The notes under the pieces: generated by a model
Seen by the model: the letters and a program-made list of their open reading frames with translations, nothing else
Databases searched by the model: none
Told to the model about the DNA's origin: nothing
Made by a program: the position numbers and the translations under genes
Part shown: positions 39,939-51,000 of the stretch, piece by piece
Layout: every line of letters begins with the position of its first letter
How positions within the stretch are numbered: the stretch's first letter is position 1
NCBI GenBank assembly: GCA_963791045.1
Contig: CAWBQK010000013.1
Span: forward strand, 224,001-288,000
Source of the DNA: Candidatus Latescibacterota bacterium
GTDB taxonomy: Bacteria; Krumholzibacteriota; Krumholzibacteriia; WVZY01
DNA length: 64,000 nucleotides
Reading direction: 5' to 3'

Positions 39939-41030
39939 CTAAAGATTCCCGCGACGTTCCTGCTCGCGCTCGATCGACTCGAAAAGCGCCTTGAAATTGC
40001 CCTTACCAAAACTCCTCGCGCCCTTTCTCTGTATGACCTCGTAAAACAATGTCGGGCGGTCCTGCACCGGCTTTGTGAAGATCTGGAGGAGATAACCGTC
40101 GTCATCCCTGTCGACAAGAATGCCGAGATCGGCCAGCACGTTGATGTCTTCATCGAATTTTCCAACACGGTCCTCGAGTTCTTCATAGTAGGTGCGGGGT
40201 GTCGGCAGAAATTCGACGCCGCGCTCACGGAGTTCGCTCACCGTCGCGATGATGTCGCCGGTCAGAAGCGCAACGTGCTGAACTCCGGCGCCCGAGTAAT
40301 AGTCGACATACTCCTGGATCTGGGACTTTTTCTTGCCCGGAGCCGGTTCGTTGATCGGCATTTTTATGATTTCACGGTCATCCGCGACCACGATCGAGCG
40401 CAGTGAGGTGTAGTCGGTCTGGATGTCGTCGTCATCAACCGTCCACATCCTCTTGAATCCAAACACGTTCTGATACCAGGTCGCCACCTGTTCCATCTCT
40501 CCGTCCGGTTGATTCCCAACAATGTGATCGATGATTTCCAGTCCGACCGGCTCCACACGCACAAGCGATTCAGCGGGCTCGTAACCGGGAAGAAACACCC
40601 CGCTGTAATTCTTTCGTTCGACGAACGTATGAACCGTGTCGCCGTATGTCTTGATCGACGCGAGCACGACGTCTCCGTTTTCGCCGGAAACCACGTGAGG
40701 TTCGCGAACCGATATGGCGTCTTTGCCCGTTGTGTGTTCCCACGCGGCCCGGGCGTCGGCAACGGTCATCCCGATATCGATCGCTCCGTCGCCATGGAGT
40801 CGGAGCTGCTCGTGAAGCTCCGAATCGGCGACCAACGGCGACGACAACACGAAGAAGCACTTGTTTTGCTTGAGGACATAGCTGGCCATTTCCCTGTCGC
40901 CCGTTTCGAGTCCACGGTAAGCAACGAGTTCAAATCCAAATTGAGATTGGTAATAGTATGCGGCTTGTTTTGCGTTGCCGACCAGGTAGGCGACATGATC
41001 AAAGCCGAGTATCTCGAAAGGGGCGTTCAT
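39939..41030 (-). CDS. hppD: 4-hydroxyphenylpyruvate dioxygenase
   Basis: IDHIVGN, KMPINEP, SQIQEY, GVQHVAL, LLQIFT, FGKGNFKALFESIE. Confidence 0.95.
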   Translation of the reverse strand: MNAPFEILGFDHVAYLVGNAKQAAYYYQSQFGFELVAYRGLETGDREMASYVLKQNKCFFVLSSPLVADSELHEQLRLHGDGAIDIGMTVADARAAWEHTTGKDAISVREPHVVSGENGDVVLASIKTYGDTVHTFVERKNYSGVFLPGYEPAESLVRVEPVGLEIIDHIVGNQPDGEMEQVATWYQNVFGFKRMWTVDDDDIQTDYTSLRSIVVADDREIIKMPINEPAPGKKKSQIQEYVDYYSGAGVQHVALLTGDIIATVSELRERGVEFLPTPRTYYEELEDRVGKFDEDINVLADLGILVDRDDDGYLLQIFTKPVQDRPTLFYEVIQRKGARSFGKGNFKALFESIEREQERRGNL

Positions 41031-41201
41031 AGATACACACACTCCCTCTTATTCAAATTGCTAGAAGTTGATATCCGGCCAAACTGGCTGCGGCGCACGA
41101 GCCGGATTGCGTTGGGCGATGGGCAATGATTTCCTGATTGTACATATAAGCAAAGTGGGACAGAGCTTAGCGGATGATGATCTGGAAATCAACAGTCTTC
41201 G

Positions 41202-42293
41202 CTATCGAAAATCCCGCATCCTGACGGGCATGCGTTTCGCTCCCCAGTCGCCAGGGCGCTCGTCGAACACACCGGGACACCGGGCGCCGCAGTTGGCGCA
41301 AGTTCCCGCGCCGGCCATTTTCCACTCGGTCAGCACGTACCAGTCGCGGCCGATCAGCCGCTCCCCACACTCGTTGCAGTACGTGCTCGCGCCCCGCTCA
41401 TCGTGCACATTCCCCGTAAACACATACCGAATCCCCTGACGAAGAGCGATTTCCCGGGCGCGCGTGAGCGTTGTCGGCTGCGTCGATTGCTTATTCCGCA
41501 TTTTGTAATCGGGATGGAACGCGCTGAAGTGTAGGGGAACGTCCAGACCGAGATTATCCACGATCCATTTTGACAACGCGTTGAGTTCTTCTTCGGAGTC
41601 GTTCTCTCCGGGAATGAGCAGTGTCGTAATCTCAAACCACACGTCCGTCTCGTTCTTGAGGTAAACGAGAGTTTCAAGAACGTTATCCAGGTCGGCGGCG
41701 CAGAGTTCCTTGTAGAAGCGGTTCGTGAACGCCTTGAGATCAATGTTCGCGGCGTCCATGTGACGGAAGAATTCCCGGCGGGGCTTTTCGCATATGTAAC
41801 CCGCAGTGACAGCCACCGTCTTTACGCCTGCGGCCTTGCACGCTTGCGCGACGTCGACGGCATACTCAAGAAATATCACGGGATCGTTGTAGGTGAACGC
41901 AACACTTCGGCATCCCATTGCCGCGGCTGCGCGGGCGATCTGCTCGGGCGTCGCCTGATCGGCGAGAGTGTCGACCTCGCGCGATTTGCTGATATCCCAA
42001 TTCTGACAAAACTTGCACGCGAGATTGCAGCCCGCCGTCCCGAAAGACAACACCGCGGATCCGGGGTGAAAATGATGCAGGGGTTTTTTCTCGATCGGAT
42101 CGACGCAAAAGCCGCTCGAGCGCCCGTAGGTTGTAAGTACGATCGAGTTCCCCTCACAGGCGCGGACAAAACACATCCCCCTCTGGCCGTCACGGAGCTT
42201 GCACTCCCGGGGGCACAGATCGCACTGAACGCGGCCATCTTCGAGATGATGCCAGTATCTGGCCTGAAATGATTGGGTTGTCTCTTTTGTCAT
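41202..42293 (-). CDS. amrS: AmmeMemoRadiSam system radical SAM enzyme
   Basis: C..CPR.C....G.C.VR, DPIEKKPL.HF.PG, CNLACKFCQNW, FTYNDP, LHFSAFHPDYKM, C..C zinc ribbons. Confidence 0.9.
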   Translation of the reverse strand: MTKETTQSFQARYWHHLEDGRVQCDLCPRECKLRDGQRGMCFVRACEGNSIVLTTYGRSSGFCVDPIEKKPLHHFHPGSAVLSFGTAGCNLACKFCQNWDISKSREVDTLADQATPEQIARAAAAMGCRSVAFTYNDPVIFLEYAVDVAQACKAAGVKTVAVTAGYICEKPRREFFRHMDAANIDLKAFTNRFYKELCAADLDNVLETLVYLKNETDVWFEITTLLIPGENDSEEELNALSKWIVDNLGLDVPLHFSAFHPDYKMRNKQSTQPTTLTRAREIALRQGIRYVFTGNVHDERGASTYCNECGERLIGRDWYVLTEWKMAGAGTCANCGARCPGVFDERPGDWGAKRMPVRMRDFR

Positions 42294-42415
42294 TCAAAGC
42301 ACCAGCCGGATGGGGAGTGGAACTGTCACACACATTATAGCTCCAAAATTCGTTGAATTCAATCGGCGAACTCCGTATCTTTCTCGGGACCGGGGAAGGT
42401 TAAACCATAAAGAAA

Positions 42416-43342
42416 ATGAATCGTCCCAGGAGACCAACGTTGCAAATTCTTGACTCGCATGTTCATTTCTTCAGCCGCATTTTCTATGAGTGTCAGGCTG
42501 CCGAAACTCGTCCCGACAACGTCGAAGGATTGATCGATCGGCTGAACGTCAGCGGTGTGGATGTTCCCGAAGCCGACCACATCGCATTGCGCGATCGGTT
42601 GATCCTTGAATTCGACAACAGTGGCGTCGAACACGCGCTCATATTCGCGTCGGTTCCGGAGGAAACGGCGGTTGTCGGCGAAGCGGCGCAGACATCAGAC
42701 GGACGCATGTCCGCGTTTGCGACGGTGAATCCAAAACAACCCGAAACGCTAACCAACCTCGAAGCATTGCACGCCAGGTTCGAGTTCACGGGAGTGATTC
42801 TCTTTCCCGCGATGCACGATTTTGGAATTGGTGATGACGAAGCAACGGCCGCTCTGGACCTCGCGCGAAAACTCGACTTGATCGTATTCGTCCATTGCGG
42901 ATTGCTGCGGGTGCCGGTTCGGGCGGTTCTCGGACTCGAAGCCGATTATCCAATGGACCGCGCCCACCCCGAAAGTCTCATTCCGGTGGCGAAGGCGAGG
43001 CCCGACCAGACGTTTGTCGTCCCCCATTTTGGCGCCGGTTTCTTCGATGAATTCCTCAAGCTTGGGCTCACCTGTCCCAACGTCTACACCGATACCGCCG
43101 GATCGAACACGTGGGGAATGTTCCAGGCGCCGCCGCTGTACCTCGAAGACCTGTTCGCACAAACCGTCGATGTGTTTGGCGCCGAGCGCATCCTCTATGG
43201 TTCGGATACGGCCGGTTTCCCCCGAGGCTACCGGGGAGATGTTCTCACCCAACAGATCAGAGCGATGCACGACGCCGGACTTCGCCCCGAAGACCTCGAG
43301 GCGATTCTCGGCGGCAACCTTTCGCGTCTTCTCGATCTCTAA
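42416..43342 (+). CDS. Amidohydrolase family protein (Amidohydro_2)
   Basis: DSHVH, VHCG, PHFG, LYGSD metal-ligand motifs. Confidence 0.85.
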   Translation: MNRPRRPTLQILDSHVHFFSRIFYECQAAETRPDNVEGLIDRLNVSGVDVPEADHIALRDRLILEFDNSGVEHALIFASVPEETAVVGEAAQTSDGRMSAFATVNPKQPETLTNLEALHARFEFTGVILFPAMHDFGIGDDEATAALDLARKLDLIVFVHCGLLRVPVRAVLGLEADYPMDRAHPESLIPVAKARPDQTFVVPHFGAGFFDEFLKLGLTCPNVYTDTAGSNTWGMFQAPPLYLEDLFAQTVDVFGAERILYGSDTAGFPRGYRGDVLTQQIRAMHDAGLRPEDLEAILGGNLSRLLDL

Positions 43343-43361
43343 ATATCAGAATTGAAATCAT

Positions 43362-43475
43362 TGGCCGGCACGATGGCCGGCGCGGTGGCCGGCACGATGG
43401 CCGGCGCGGTGGCCGGCACGGTGGCCGGCACGGTGGCCGGCACGATGGCCGGCGCGGTGGCCGGCACGGTGGCCG
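43362..43475. repeat. 12-bp GC-rich tandem repeat (VNTR), about 9.5 copies
   Basis: Units TGGCCGGC(A/G)CG(A/G) between two convergent stop codons. Confidence 0.97.
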
Positions 43476-43485
43476 CGCGAGACCA

Positions 43486-45089
43486 TCAGGGCAGGATGAG
43501 GATAATACCCTCGTTGTTCCGTATGGAAACCTCTGTCACGGCCAGATCCCCGACCGTTCCGTCCGCATTTAAAATCCTGTACGGCTGGTCGAGTGTGTGG
43601 ACGGTAATCGATTGCTGATCAACTACCGAGCCATCGGGTAGCATCTTGACAAGGACCATCCCGTTTGTGAAATTCCGCGCCAACACGTGGTATGTCAACG
43701 ACGGATCGTACGGATCGGGTCCCGAAGCAAATTCGAAGTGCTCATTGCTACCGGCGACACCCTCGAAATCGACAAAACCTTCTGGGACGGGAGCCGGGAC
43801 GCCGACGTCGTATTCGACGGCTGGATTCCACTGCCATTCGGAAATAGGTTGCTGAAAGTAGTGGCCGTTGAAACTTTCGTAGAGATAAAAAGTGTTCGCG
43901 TTGTGGACCAGATAGTAGAGAGACAAGGTGTATAGCCTTCCACGATCCGATCCGTTGGGAGCCATCGCCACATCCCTCGCACCCAGCACCCTGCGCCCGC
44001 CCGCGCGTGTTTGGCGGACAATACTTGCCACCGCCGTGGTGTAGTCTCTCTCGTACGTGATAACACGAAGTGATCCACTCGTCGGGTAATGGTACCCGCG
44101 GTACATCACCCAGACTTCCGCCCACGCCCAGTCGAGGATATCGAGAACACCCTGAGAAAGCGGATCGGTGCTGTCGAGAAACAAGGCGTGCCCGAAGTTG
44201 GGCATAATGTCGGCGCCCTGCGAAAACCGATCGTTCAACGCCTCGGAGAGTTCCGCATAGAATTCGAGGAAACCCTGCGCATAGGGATGCGCATAATCGA
44301 GATCAATGCCGTAGTATTCTTTTGTCTTGCCGAGCAGCCCTTCATTGAACTGCGGATAAAAGACGCCGTGGTCGACCATGATTCCATCCACCGGACCGCT
44401 GAAATTGGCCGCGCCGTACAGCGACCCATCCATCAACCGTTCCATCTCGTCGATGAGAAACCGGCGATACCCTTCGTAATTGATATTCGCGAGATTCCAC
44501 GGGTTCTGGACTTTTTGCGGAACACCAAAGACACGCGATTCGTAACGCGAGACCGCCGTCGCCGGAGCCGCATCGGGTTCCGGGTTTGGATTCCATCCCG
44601 GACGAATCCGGCCGGGTACCCGGGCACCAGGACGGTCGACTCGTACCCTGGAACGTTGACATCTTCGAGGTAATGGAGAAGGAAGTCCTCGTAAGTGTAA
44701 CCGTTGAGGGCAGCCCAATCCTCGGCATCATGCGCAAAAAAGTTGTACCGAAATGTCGCGTAATCGAACAGACGGACATTCGGATTCCCCGCCCGAAGCC
44801 GATCGGCGTACGTCGCGGTTCGGCCAATCAACAGATCGTAGTTCTCCGCCCGCCAATCAATCTCTGTAAAATCGGTGTATTCACGAAGAAGCGCCGACGC
44901 CAATTGGATATGCGGATATAACGCGGGGCGAACGGGGACACATCCCGCACCAATACACTCTTCTCCGGATGGACAGTCCCTGTCGCGGCAGTCTCCGGGA
45001 GGCGTATATTGCGCTGTCGGAGCCGTTTCCGTCGGCGAGGAACAAGCCGTCCCGAGAATCAGAAAGACGCTCAACACGCCCAAGACCAT
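43486..45089 (-). pseudogene. Frameshifted lipoprotein, putative glycoside hydrolase (GHL15-like TIM barrel)
   Basis: ORF 44433-45167 (lipobox GTAC) and ORF 43486-44718 (DGIMVD, LARNFTNGMVLV) join as ..GFV-P-GWNP.. if one C is added at about 44600-44601. Confidence 0.7.
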
Positions 45090-45455
45090 ATATTCGAAAC
45101 ACGTTGACCGCAAGATCCCACCTCTTCGATTGGATTTGGATACAGAGAGCAATGACAGTATCAGCATATTTGATGCCCGGGCCTGCTCGAATATGGCGAG
45201 GCCGGGCGCTGACGTCGGTTATGATTGAAGTAGTGGAATCTAAGGCTGCACCGGCTATAATATGAGGCATCCGCCGGAACGAGGCAACAACAAGGCCGCC
45301 ACGGACACGATCGGATTCAACGGGGAACGTTGCGGCGCAGTGCGGAGCCGTCACGCCCCGCCACACCGTCGATAACAAGGGTTTGCCACACACTAAAAGG
45401 GAACCCTATATTCGCATTATAAGACGTCGCCATATCCCGCCGCGAGGAGGCAATC

Positions 45456-46892
45456 TTGACCAAAAGAATAATCATTATCGGAATTTGTGGTTTTCTTTCT
45501 TTCTTCATTATGGCGGGCCCCGCCTTCGCGAACAAGAATTCGAACAGCAAAGACACCAAGCGATTGATCGAACTCAGCAACTCCTTCGAGTCGCTAACGC
45601 AACGAGTCGGTCCCGCCGTGGTACAAATATACTCGGCCGGTTACGGCCCACCCGCCAAACAGGGGTCGCTCGCGAGCGGGCTCATCAGCAAACGGCGGGC
45701 GGTAGGGAGCGGCGTCATACTGGATCCGGATGGATACATCGTGACCAACGCCCACGTCGTTTCGGAAGCGCGACGCGTCCAGGTGGTTTTGCAGTCACCT
45801 GCGAACGGCAAGGAATCCTCGACGTCGGTACTCAAACCGGCCGGCGAAAGGGTCGGAGCGCAAATCATCGGAATCGATCTTGAAACAGATCTCGCTGTAC
45901 TGAAGATACAGAGAAAAGACCTTCCCTTCCTCGAACTCGGTGACTCCGATACCCTAAAGCCCGGTGAAATCGTTCTCGCGTTTGGCAGTCCCCTCGGGCT
46001 CCAGAACTCGGTCTCGATGGGCGTGGTCAGTTCGGTCGCGCGACAGCTGCGACCCGAGGATCCGATGATCTATATCCAAACCGACGCCTCGATAAACCCC
46101 GGCAACAGCGGCGGACCGCTTGTCGATACAGAGGGCAAAGTCATGGGCATCAACACACTTATTTTCTCGCAGTCCGGCGGAAGCGAAGGAATCGGCTTTG
46201 CCGCTCCGAGCAATATTGTCAAGAATGTATTCAACCAGCTTCGCGCCAGCGGCAGAATCCAACGTGGACACATCGGCGTGCACGCACAGACAATTACAGC
46301 GATGATGGCCGCCGGCCTCGGGATGGACACGGATTGGGGCGTCATTCTTGGCGACGTCTATCCGGGCGGCCCCGCGGAACTCGCCGGTCTTCGGATCGGA
46401 GACATCGTGATGTCGCTCGACGGAAAGATGATGGAGAACGGACGTCAATTCGATGTCAATCTCTACCAGCGGCCGATCGGCGACAGAATTACGCTAGAGA
46501 TACGGCGCGGATCCGAGCTATTGACGGCGCGCGTGACCGTCATTGAGCGGGCGGACAAAGGAGCACAGTTCTCCGACCTCGTCAGTCCGGGCAAGAATCT
46601 CGTTCCCGAGCTGGGAATACTTTGTCTCGATATCGACGATAAGATCCGGGGGATGCTCCCCAACCCTCGGCGTGATTTCGGCGTCGTGGTGGCCGCACGC
46701 TCAGCGGACACTCCCTATTTCTCGGATGGTCTTCGGGCGTCCGATATCATTTATACGATGAATCGGACCCGGATCATCGATGTGAAAACACTGCGCGAGG
46801 AAGCCGCCCAACTCCAACCGGGCGATGCTGTCGTGTGCCAGGTGGAACGAAACGGGCAGTTGATGTTCGTCACGTTCGAGATCGATCTGTAG
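45456..46892 (+). CDS. HtrA/DegP-like serine protease with two PDZ domains
   Basis: Signal peptide, TNAHVV, DLAVLKI, INPGNSGGPL; GAGGAGG RBS and TTG start. Confidence 0.93.
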   Translation: MTKRIIIIGICGFLSFFIMAGPAFANKNSNSKDTKRLIELSNSFESLTQRVGPAVVQIYSAGYGPPAKQGSLASGLISKRRAVGSGVILDPDGYIVTNAHVVSEARRVQVVLQSPANGKESSTSVLKPAGERVGAQIIGIDLETDLAVLKIQRKDLPFLELGDSDTLKPGEIVLAFGSPLGLQNSVSMGVVSSVARQLRPEDPMIYIQTDASINPGNSGGPLVDTEGKVMGINTLIFSQSGGSEGIGFAAPSNIVKNVFNQLRASGRIQRGHIGVHAQTITAMMAAGLGMDTDWGVILGDVYPGGPAELAGLRIGDIVMSLDGKMMENGRQFDVNLYQRPIGDRITLEIRRGSELLTARVTVIERADKGAQFSDLVSPGKNLVPELGILCLDIDDKIRGMLPNPRRDFGVVVAARSADTPYFSDGLRASDIIYTMNRTRIIDVKTLREEAAQLQPGDAVVCQVERNGQLMFVTFEIDL

Positions 46893-47036
46893 TCCGGTCT
46901 TCGAAGCATATAGTCCATCGGGGGGCGGGATAAATAGCGTCTGGACTCAACTCGTCCGCAATCGTATCCTGTCTCCAACGCTGTGTGAGTCAAACGGAAC
47001 CAATCTTTGAATCTCCGTCAAAGGCCCGAGAACGAC

Positions 47037-47834
47037 ATGGGAAAAACAAGCACCGGAGCTCTCGATCAGGATGTTCGAATCACCGATCAGTTGAATCCTG
47101 ATATTGATTTCACCCGTCCGCCTGGCGGCGGCAAAGAGCTTTTTGACATCGTCGGCAGCTTATCGGGCAAACGAATCCTCGACGTGGGATGCGGGCTCGG
47201 GCCGTACAGGCAAGAAATCGAAAAACGGGGCGGCAAGTGGATCGGCGTCGATTTAAAGGGACCCGGGTGCAGCGTCATCGCTGATGGCCTTCACCTTCCG
47301 TTTCCCGACGGATCATTTGACGGCGTGCTGTGCGCCGCCGTTCTTGAACATGTTCCCGATCTCGATATTTTCATGATGGAAATCAAGAGGGTCCTCGCCG
47401 CCCACGGCGTACTGTTCGGATATGCGGCGTTTCTCGAACCGTTCCACGGCATGTCCTACTACCACATGACACACCTCGGACTCGAGCACTTGCTCATAAA
47501 ACATGGATTTCGTCCCAATCGTATTTTTGCCGCGCGAAACGGCACCGCGTACCAGATCGAGAGCATGTTTTTTCCACGATACATTCCCGTCGTTCAGCCG
47601 GCGTTCCGCGCCGTCGCCCAATGGTCGATGGCAATCACGATGTGGCTTAATCGAACAGTCCGCTCGATGGTCCGTGCTCTCCGCGGCGGCCAGCGCGATG
47701 ACGGAACGGACGCGATTCGTTACAAACAACTACTCTCTCTCCGGTTTGCCGTCGGGTTCAATTTTGTCGCGCGGCGCTCCGATTCTCCCGGCGTCATTGC
47801 GTCCTACTCCGCTTTTTCGGACCCCAATCGTTAG
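47037..47834 (+). CDS. Class I SAM-dependent methyltransferase
   Basis: ILDVGCGLG, LPFPDGSFD, VLEHV, RVL. Confidence 0.85.
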   Translation: MGKTSTGALDQDVRITDQLNPDIDFTRPPGGGKELFDIVGSLSGKRILDVGCGLGPYRQEIEKRGGKWIGVDLKGPGCSVIADGLHLPFPDGSFDGVLCAAVLEHVPDLDIFMMEIKRVLAAHGVLFGYAAFLEPFHGMSYYHMTHLGLEHLLIKHGFRPNRIFAARNGTAYQIESMFFPRYIPVVQPAFRAVAQWSMAITMWLNRTVRSMVRALRGGQRDDGTDAIRYKQLLSLRFAVGFNFVARRSDSPGVIASYSAFSDPNR

Positions 47835-47939
47835 ATATTGCGATTTTCGCCTCGCGAATTCCTACCGCACAAAGAGGTTAGCGGCGGACGCGCAATTTGC
47901 ACGATTTTTCACCTGACAAACACTTCTACATTATTATAT

Positions 47940-47969
47940 TTGAATGAGTTGGCCGCTTCGTGCTATAAT
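47940..47969 (+). promoter_or_regulatory. Sigma-70 promoter with extended -10
   Basis: TTGAAT-18 nt-TATAAT preceded by TG. Confidence 0.55.
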
Positions 47970-48056
47970 TAATCATTGCCTGTTCTCTGTCCTTGGTGGC
48001 CTATCCGACGAGCAACCCCTAACTAGACTTATGTAAACACCAGGAGCAAACATCCT

Positions 48057-51000
48057 ATGACTACGCTTCTTCGCCTTGGGTTCGCCATTGCCATCATCGT
48101 AACCGTCCTGTCGCCGTACTCGGTGCGCGCCGTCGAACCAGGGACAAATGATCTTGGTTTTCTCGAGGGCATAAGCCTCATCGAACTCGAGACGGACGAC
48201 ATCGCTTCGATGCACGTCGCCCGCCGGTTGATTCAATCTTACGGCGGCACCGTCGCCATCATGTCGCCCCCTTCTCTTCTCGTCGGCGTGATACCGTATG
48301 AGATTCGCGATCAACTCATCGGAAAAACGGGAATCAAGGACATCTATCATACCGAGGTACTTCCCGGCGAAGTCCAGACGAACGATTCGAGATCGGAAGC
48401 GATGGTCGGATTCTTTAACGCCGCCGTCAGAGGCGAACTGGCCGCGGATCGGGACCGGTTTATACAGTCGGTAACGGCGGACGGCCCGCGCGAACAACGC
48501 GAGCCCGACCTTTTTTCGGCTGACGACATCGACCCCCGCGCTTACCTCGATAACCTGCTGGCCAACGGGCTGGACGCTAAAAAACTCGAAGAAGAGGGTC
48601 TTCCCCTCAACCCGACCACGATGGCCACCGCGGGCAACAGCGACTACATGACGGGCACAGTGGCGTTGACGCTTTTCTTCGTGGAAAGCGACGGCACCGG
48701 TTCCGACCCGGATCAGTACACATGGACGCCCGAACACATGCAGAATTATATAAACGGCGTGGGAACCGCGCTCTACTGGTGGTCCAGCCGCGCCGCGCAG
48801 CACGGGGACTGTTGGGTTACCTTCCTCATCAATTATTATTCGGGAGCCGACGAGAGATGTCAGCAGTGGGTCGAACCGATTCTGCATACCACTGAATACG
48901 AGGAAACGTGGATTAACGAAATCATGTCGAACTTCGGTTACACATCGGGAACTCGCTTTTCCCGTGTTAGTGCTTTCAACACCTGGCAGCGATCGTATTA
49001 CAACACCGACCGCTCGTATTCGGCTTTCATCCCTTACAACCCGGCCCCCGCGGCGGCAAGCTTTCCCGGAGGCGGAACGGCATACGCATACTGGTATGGC
49101 CCGCATACGGTTTTGCTCTACCACGTTCAGGGATGGACGACCGCCGAGGTATTCGCTCACGAAACCGGCCATATCTTCGGCGCCTGCGACGAGTATGCGG
49201 GCGGGTGCTCATCGCCCACGTACGTTTGTGCCAACGGCGTAATCAACGGCAATTGCGAAGTCGGCAATCCCGACAGCCGCGACTGCATGATGAAAGAAAA
49301 CTCGTTCTCAGTTTGCACGTACACAGTGAGTCATCTTGGTTGGGAGATTAACAACCCATGTGCACCGGCGGAACCGCCTCTTCTCCCCACGGTGACATTG
49401 TCGACGGTCGATCCTCCGTCCGGATTCCACGGAGTGGACACATCGATCACTCTTTTTGGATCCAATTTCTACCCCGGGATCAGACTGGAAATGGGGGACG
49501 ACATCTTCGTCCACGGGATCGATATTATCAACGACCACACGCTTATCGCCCATACGACGGTTCTCGCATCCGCTCCCCCGGGACTTCGCAACGCCCGGGT
49601 CTTCAACCGTGACGGTCAGTTCGCGACACTCACGGATGTATTCGAAGTTCTCCCCACGACGCGGCACTATTATTCGCCCACGGGCGGGGACGGTCCTCCC
49701 TATCTGTCGCCGGCAAACGCGGCCACGTCGTTTGAAGACGCCATCGCAGCCACCTACGACGGCGATACGCTCTTCGTCGTGACGATGACCTTTGACGACT
49801 TTTCGCTCATCGTCAATCACGGCGTTGTTTTTCACGGCGGATGGAACAACGATTTCAGCGCCCGTGACCTTGAAACCGGCAAGACGCTTGTTAACCTGAA
49901 CGCCATAAACGGCAACATCACTTTTACCGGCGCGTCGCAAAACGCGGGGTTCGATGGATTTACAATCCAGAACGGCACCGGCGTGTATGACTTTTTCCCC
50001 TTCGGCGCCTATTTTGGCGGCGCGGTCCGATTCGTCGGGGGCAGTGCGGTCATCGCCAATTGTGAAATCAGTTCCAGCGCGGCGGGTGGCCCGATGAACT
50101 ACGGTCTTGGAGGAGCGGTCTTCGCCGACGGGTGCCAGGTAGACATTCGTGACAGTTATATCCACGACAACGCGGCGACCCAGGGCGGCGCCCTGTACCT
50201 CCGCGGATGCACAGGGACGGTCTCGGGCAATACAATCTCGGGCAACTCGCTATTCGCATCGCCCGAAACTCTTGTTGGCGGCGGCGTTGCCATCGTCGAC
50301 TCGCCGGAAATGATTTTGACGGATAATGTCTTTTCGTCGAATACCTCCGCTGCGGAGGGCGGCGGGCTTTATGTCGAAAACTGCCCCAACCTGACAATGA
50401 CCGGCGGCTCTCTATCAGCAAACGAGGCATCCTTCGCCGGCGGCGGTGTCAGGCTCAAGAAAACGACCGCCGTAATAGACGGGGTCGAGTTCAACGGCAA
50501 CACCAGCGCCGGCCTCGGCGGCGGACTCGCCGCCATCGACTCGACCAACGCCACACTGTCAACGTCGACTTTTGTGTCCAACTCCGCCGCGGTCGGAGGG
50601 GGCGCTTATGCAACGGCCGGCTCTTTCTTTGTGACCCACAACCTCTTCACCGGCAATGCGTCGGCAAGCACCGGCGGCGCGCTGGTGGTGAGCGTAACAA
50701 ATTCCGGAACCGTAATCGGAAACACGCTCAACGCCAACTCGGCAAGCGGTGTGGGAGGATTGCTGGTCGGCGGAGACGTTGAGATTTTCAATAATATTGT
50801 CACAAACAACACGGGGCTGGGCGTTTCGTCCACCTCGGGACAACCCCCCGTCTTGTCTCACAACCTCACGTGGAACAACTCGGGCGGGGACTATTCGAAT
50901 TGCACGCCGGGCGACGGTTCGATATCCGCCGACCCGATCTTCGTCGATCCCGCGGGCGGCGATTATCACCTGGCGCTTCATTCTCCGGCGATCGACGCGG

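Noticed and set aside
38137-42293. hppD-hmgA-flavin reductase and stand-alone amrS as novel systems
   Set aside because: These are well-known families in a familiar arrangement; missing partners (fahA, amrA/B) may simply lie elsewhere in the genome.
43352-43618. ORF encoding (AGTV/AGTM/AGAV)n as a repeat protein or RiPP precursor
   Set aside because: It is a by-product of the stop-free 12-bp VNTR, has a TTG start without an RBS, and overlaps the opposite-strand gene.
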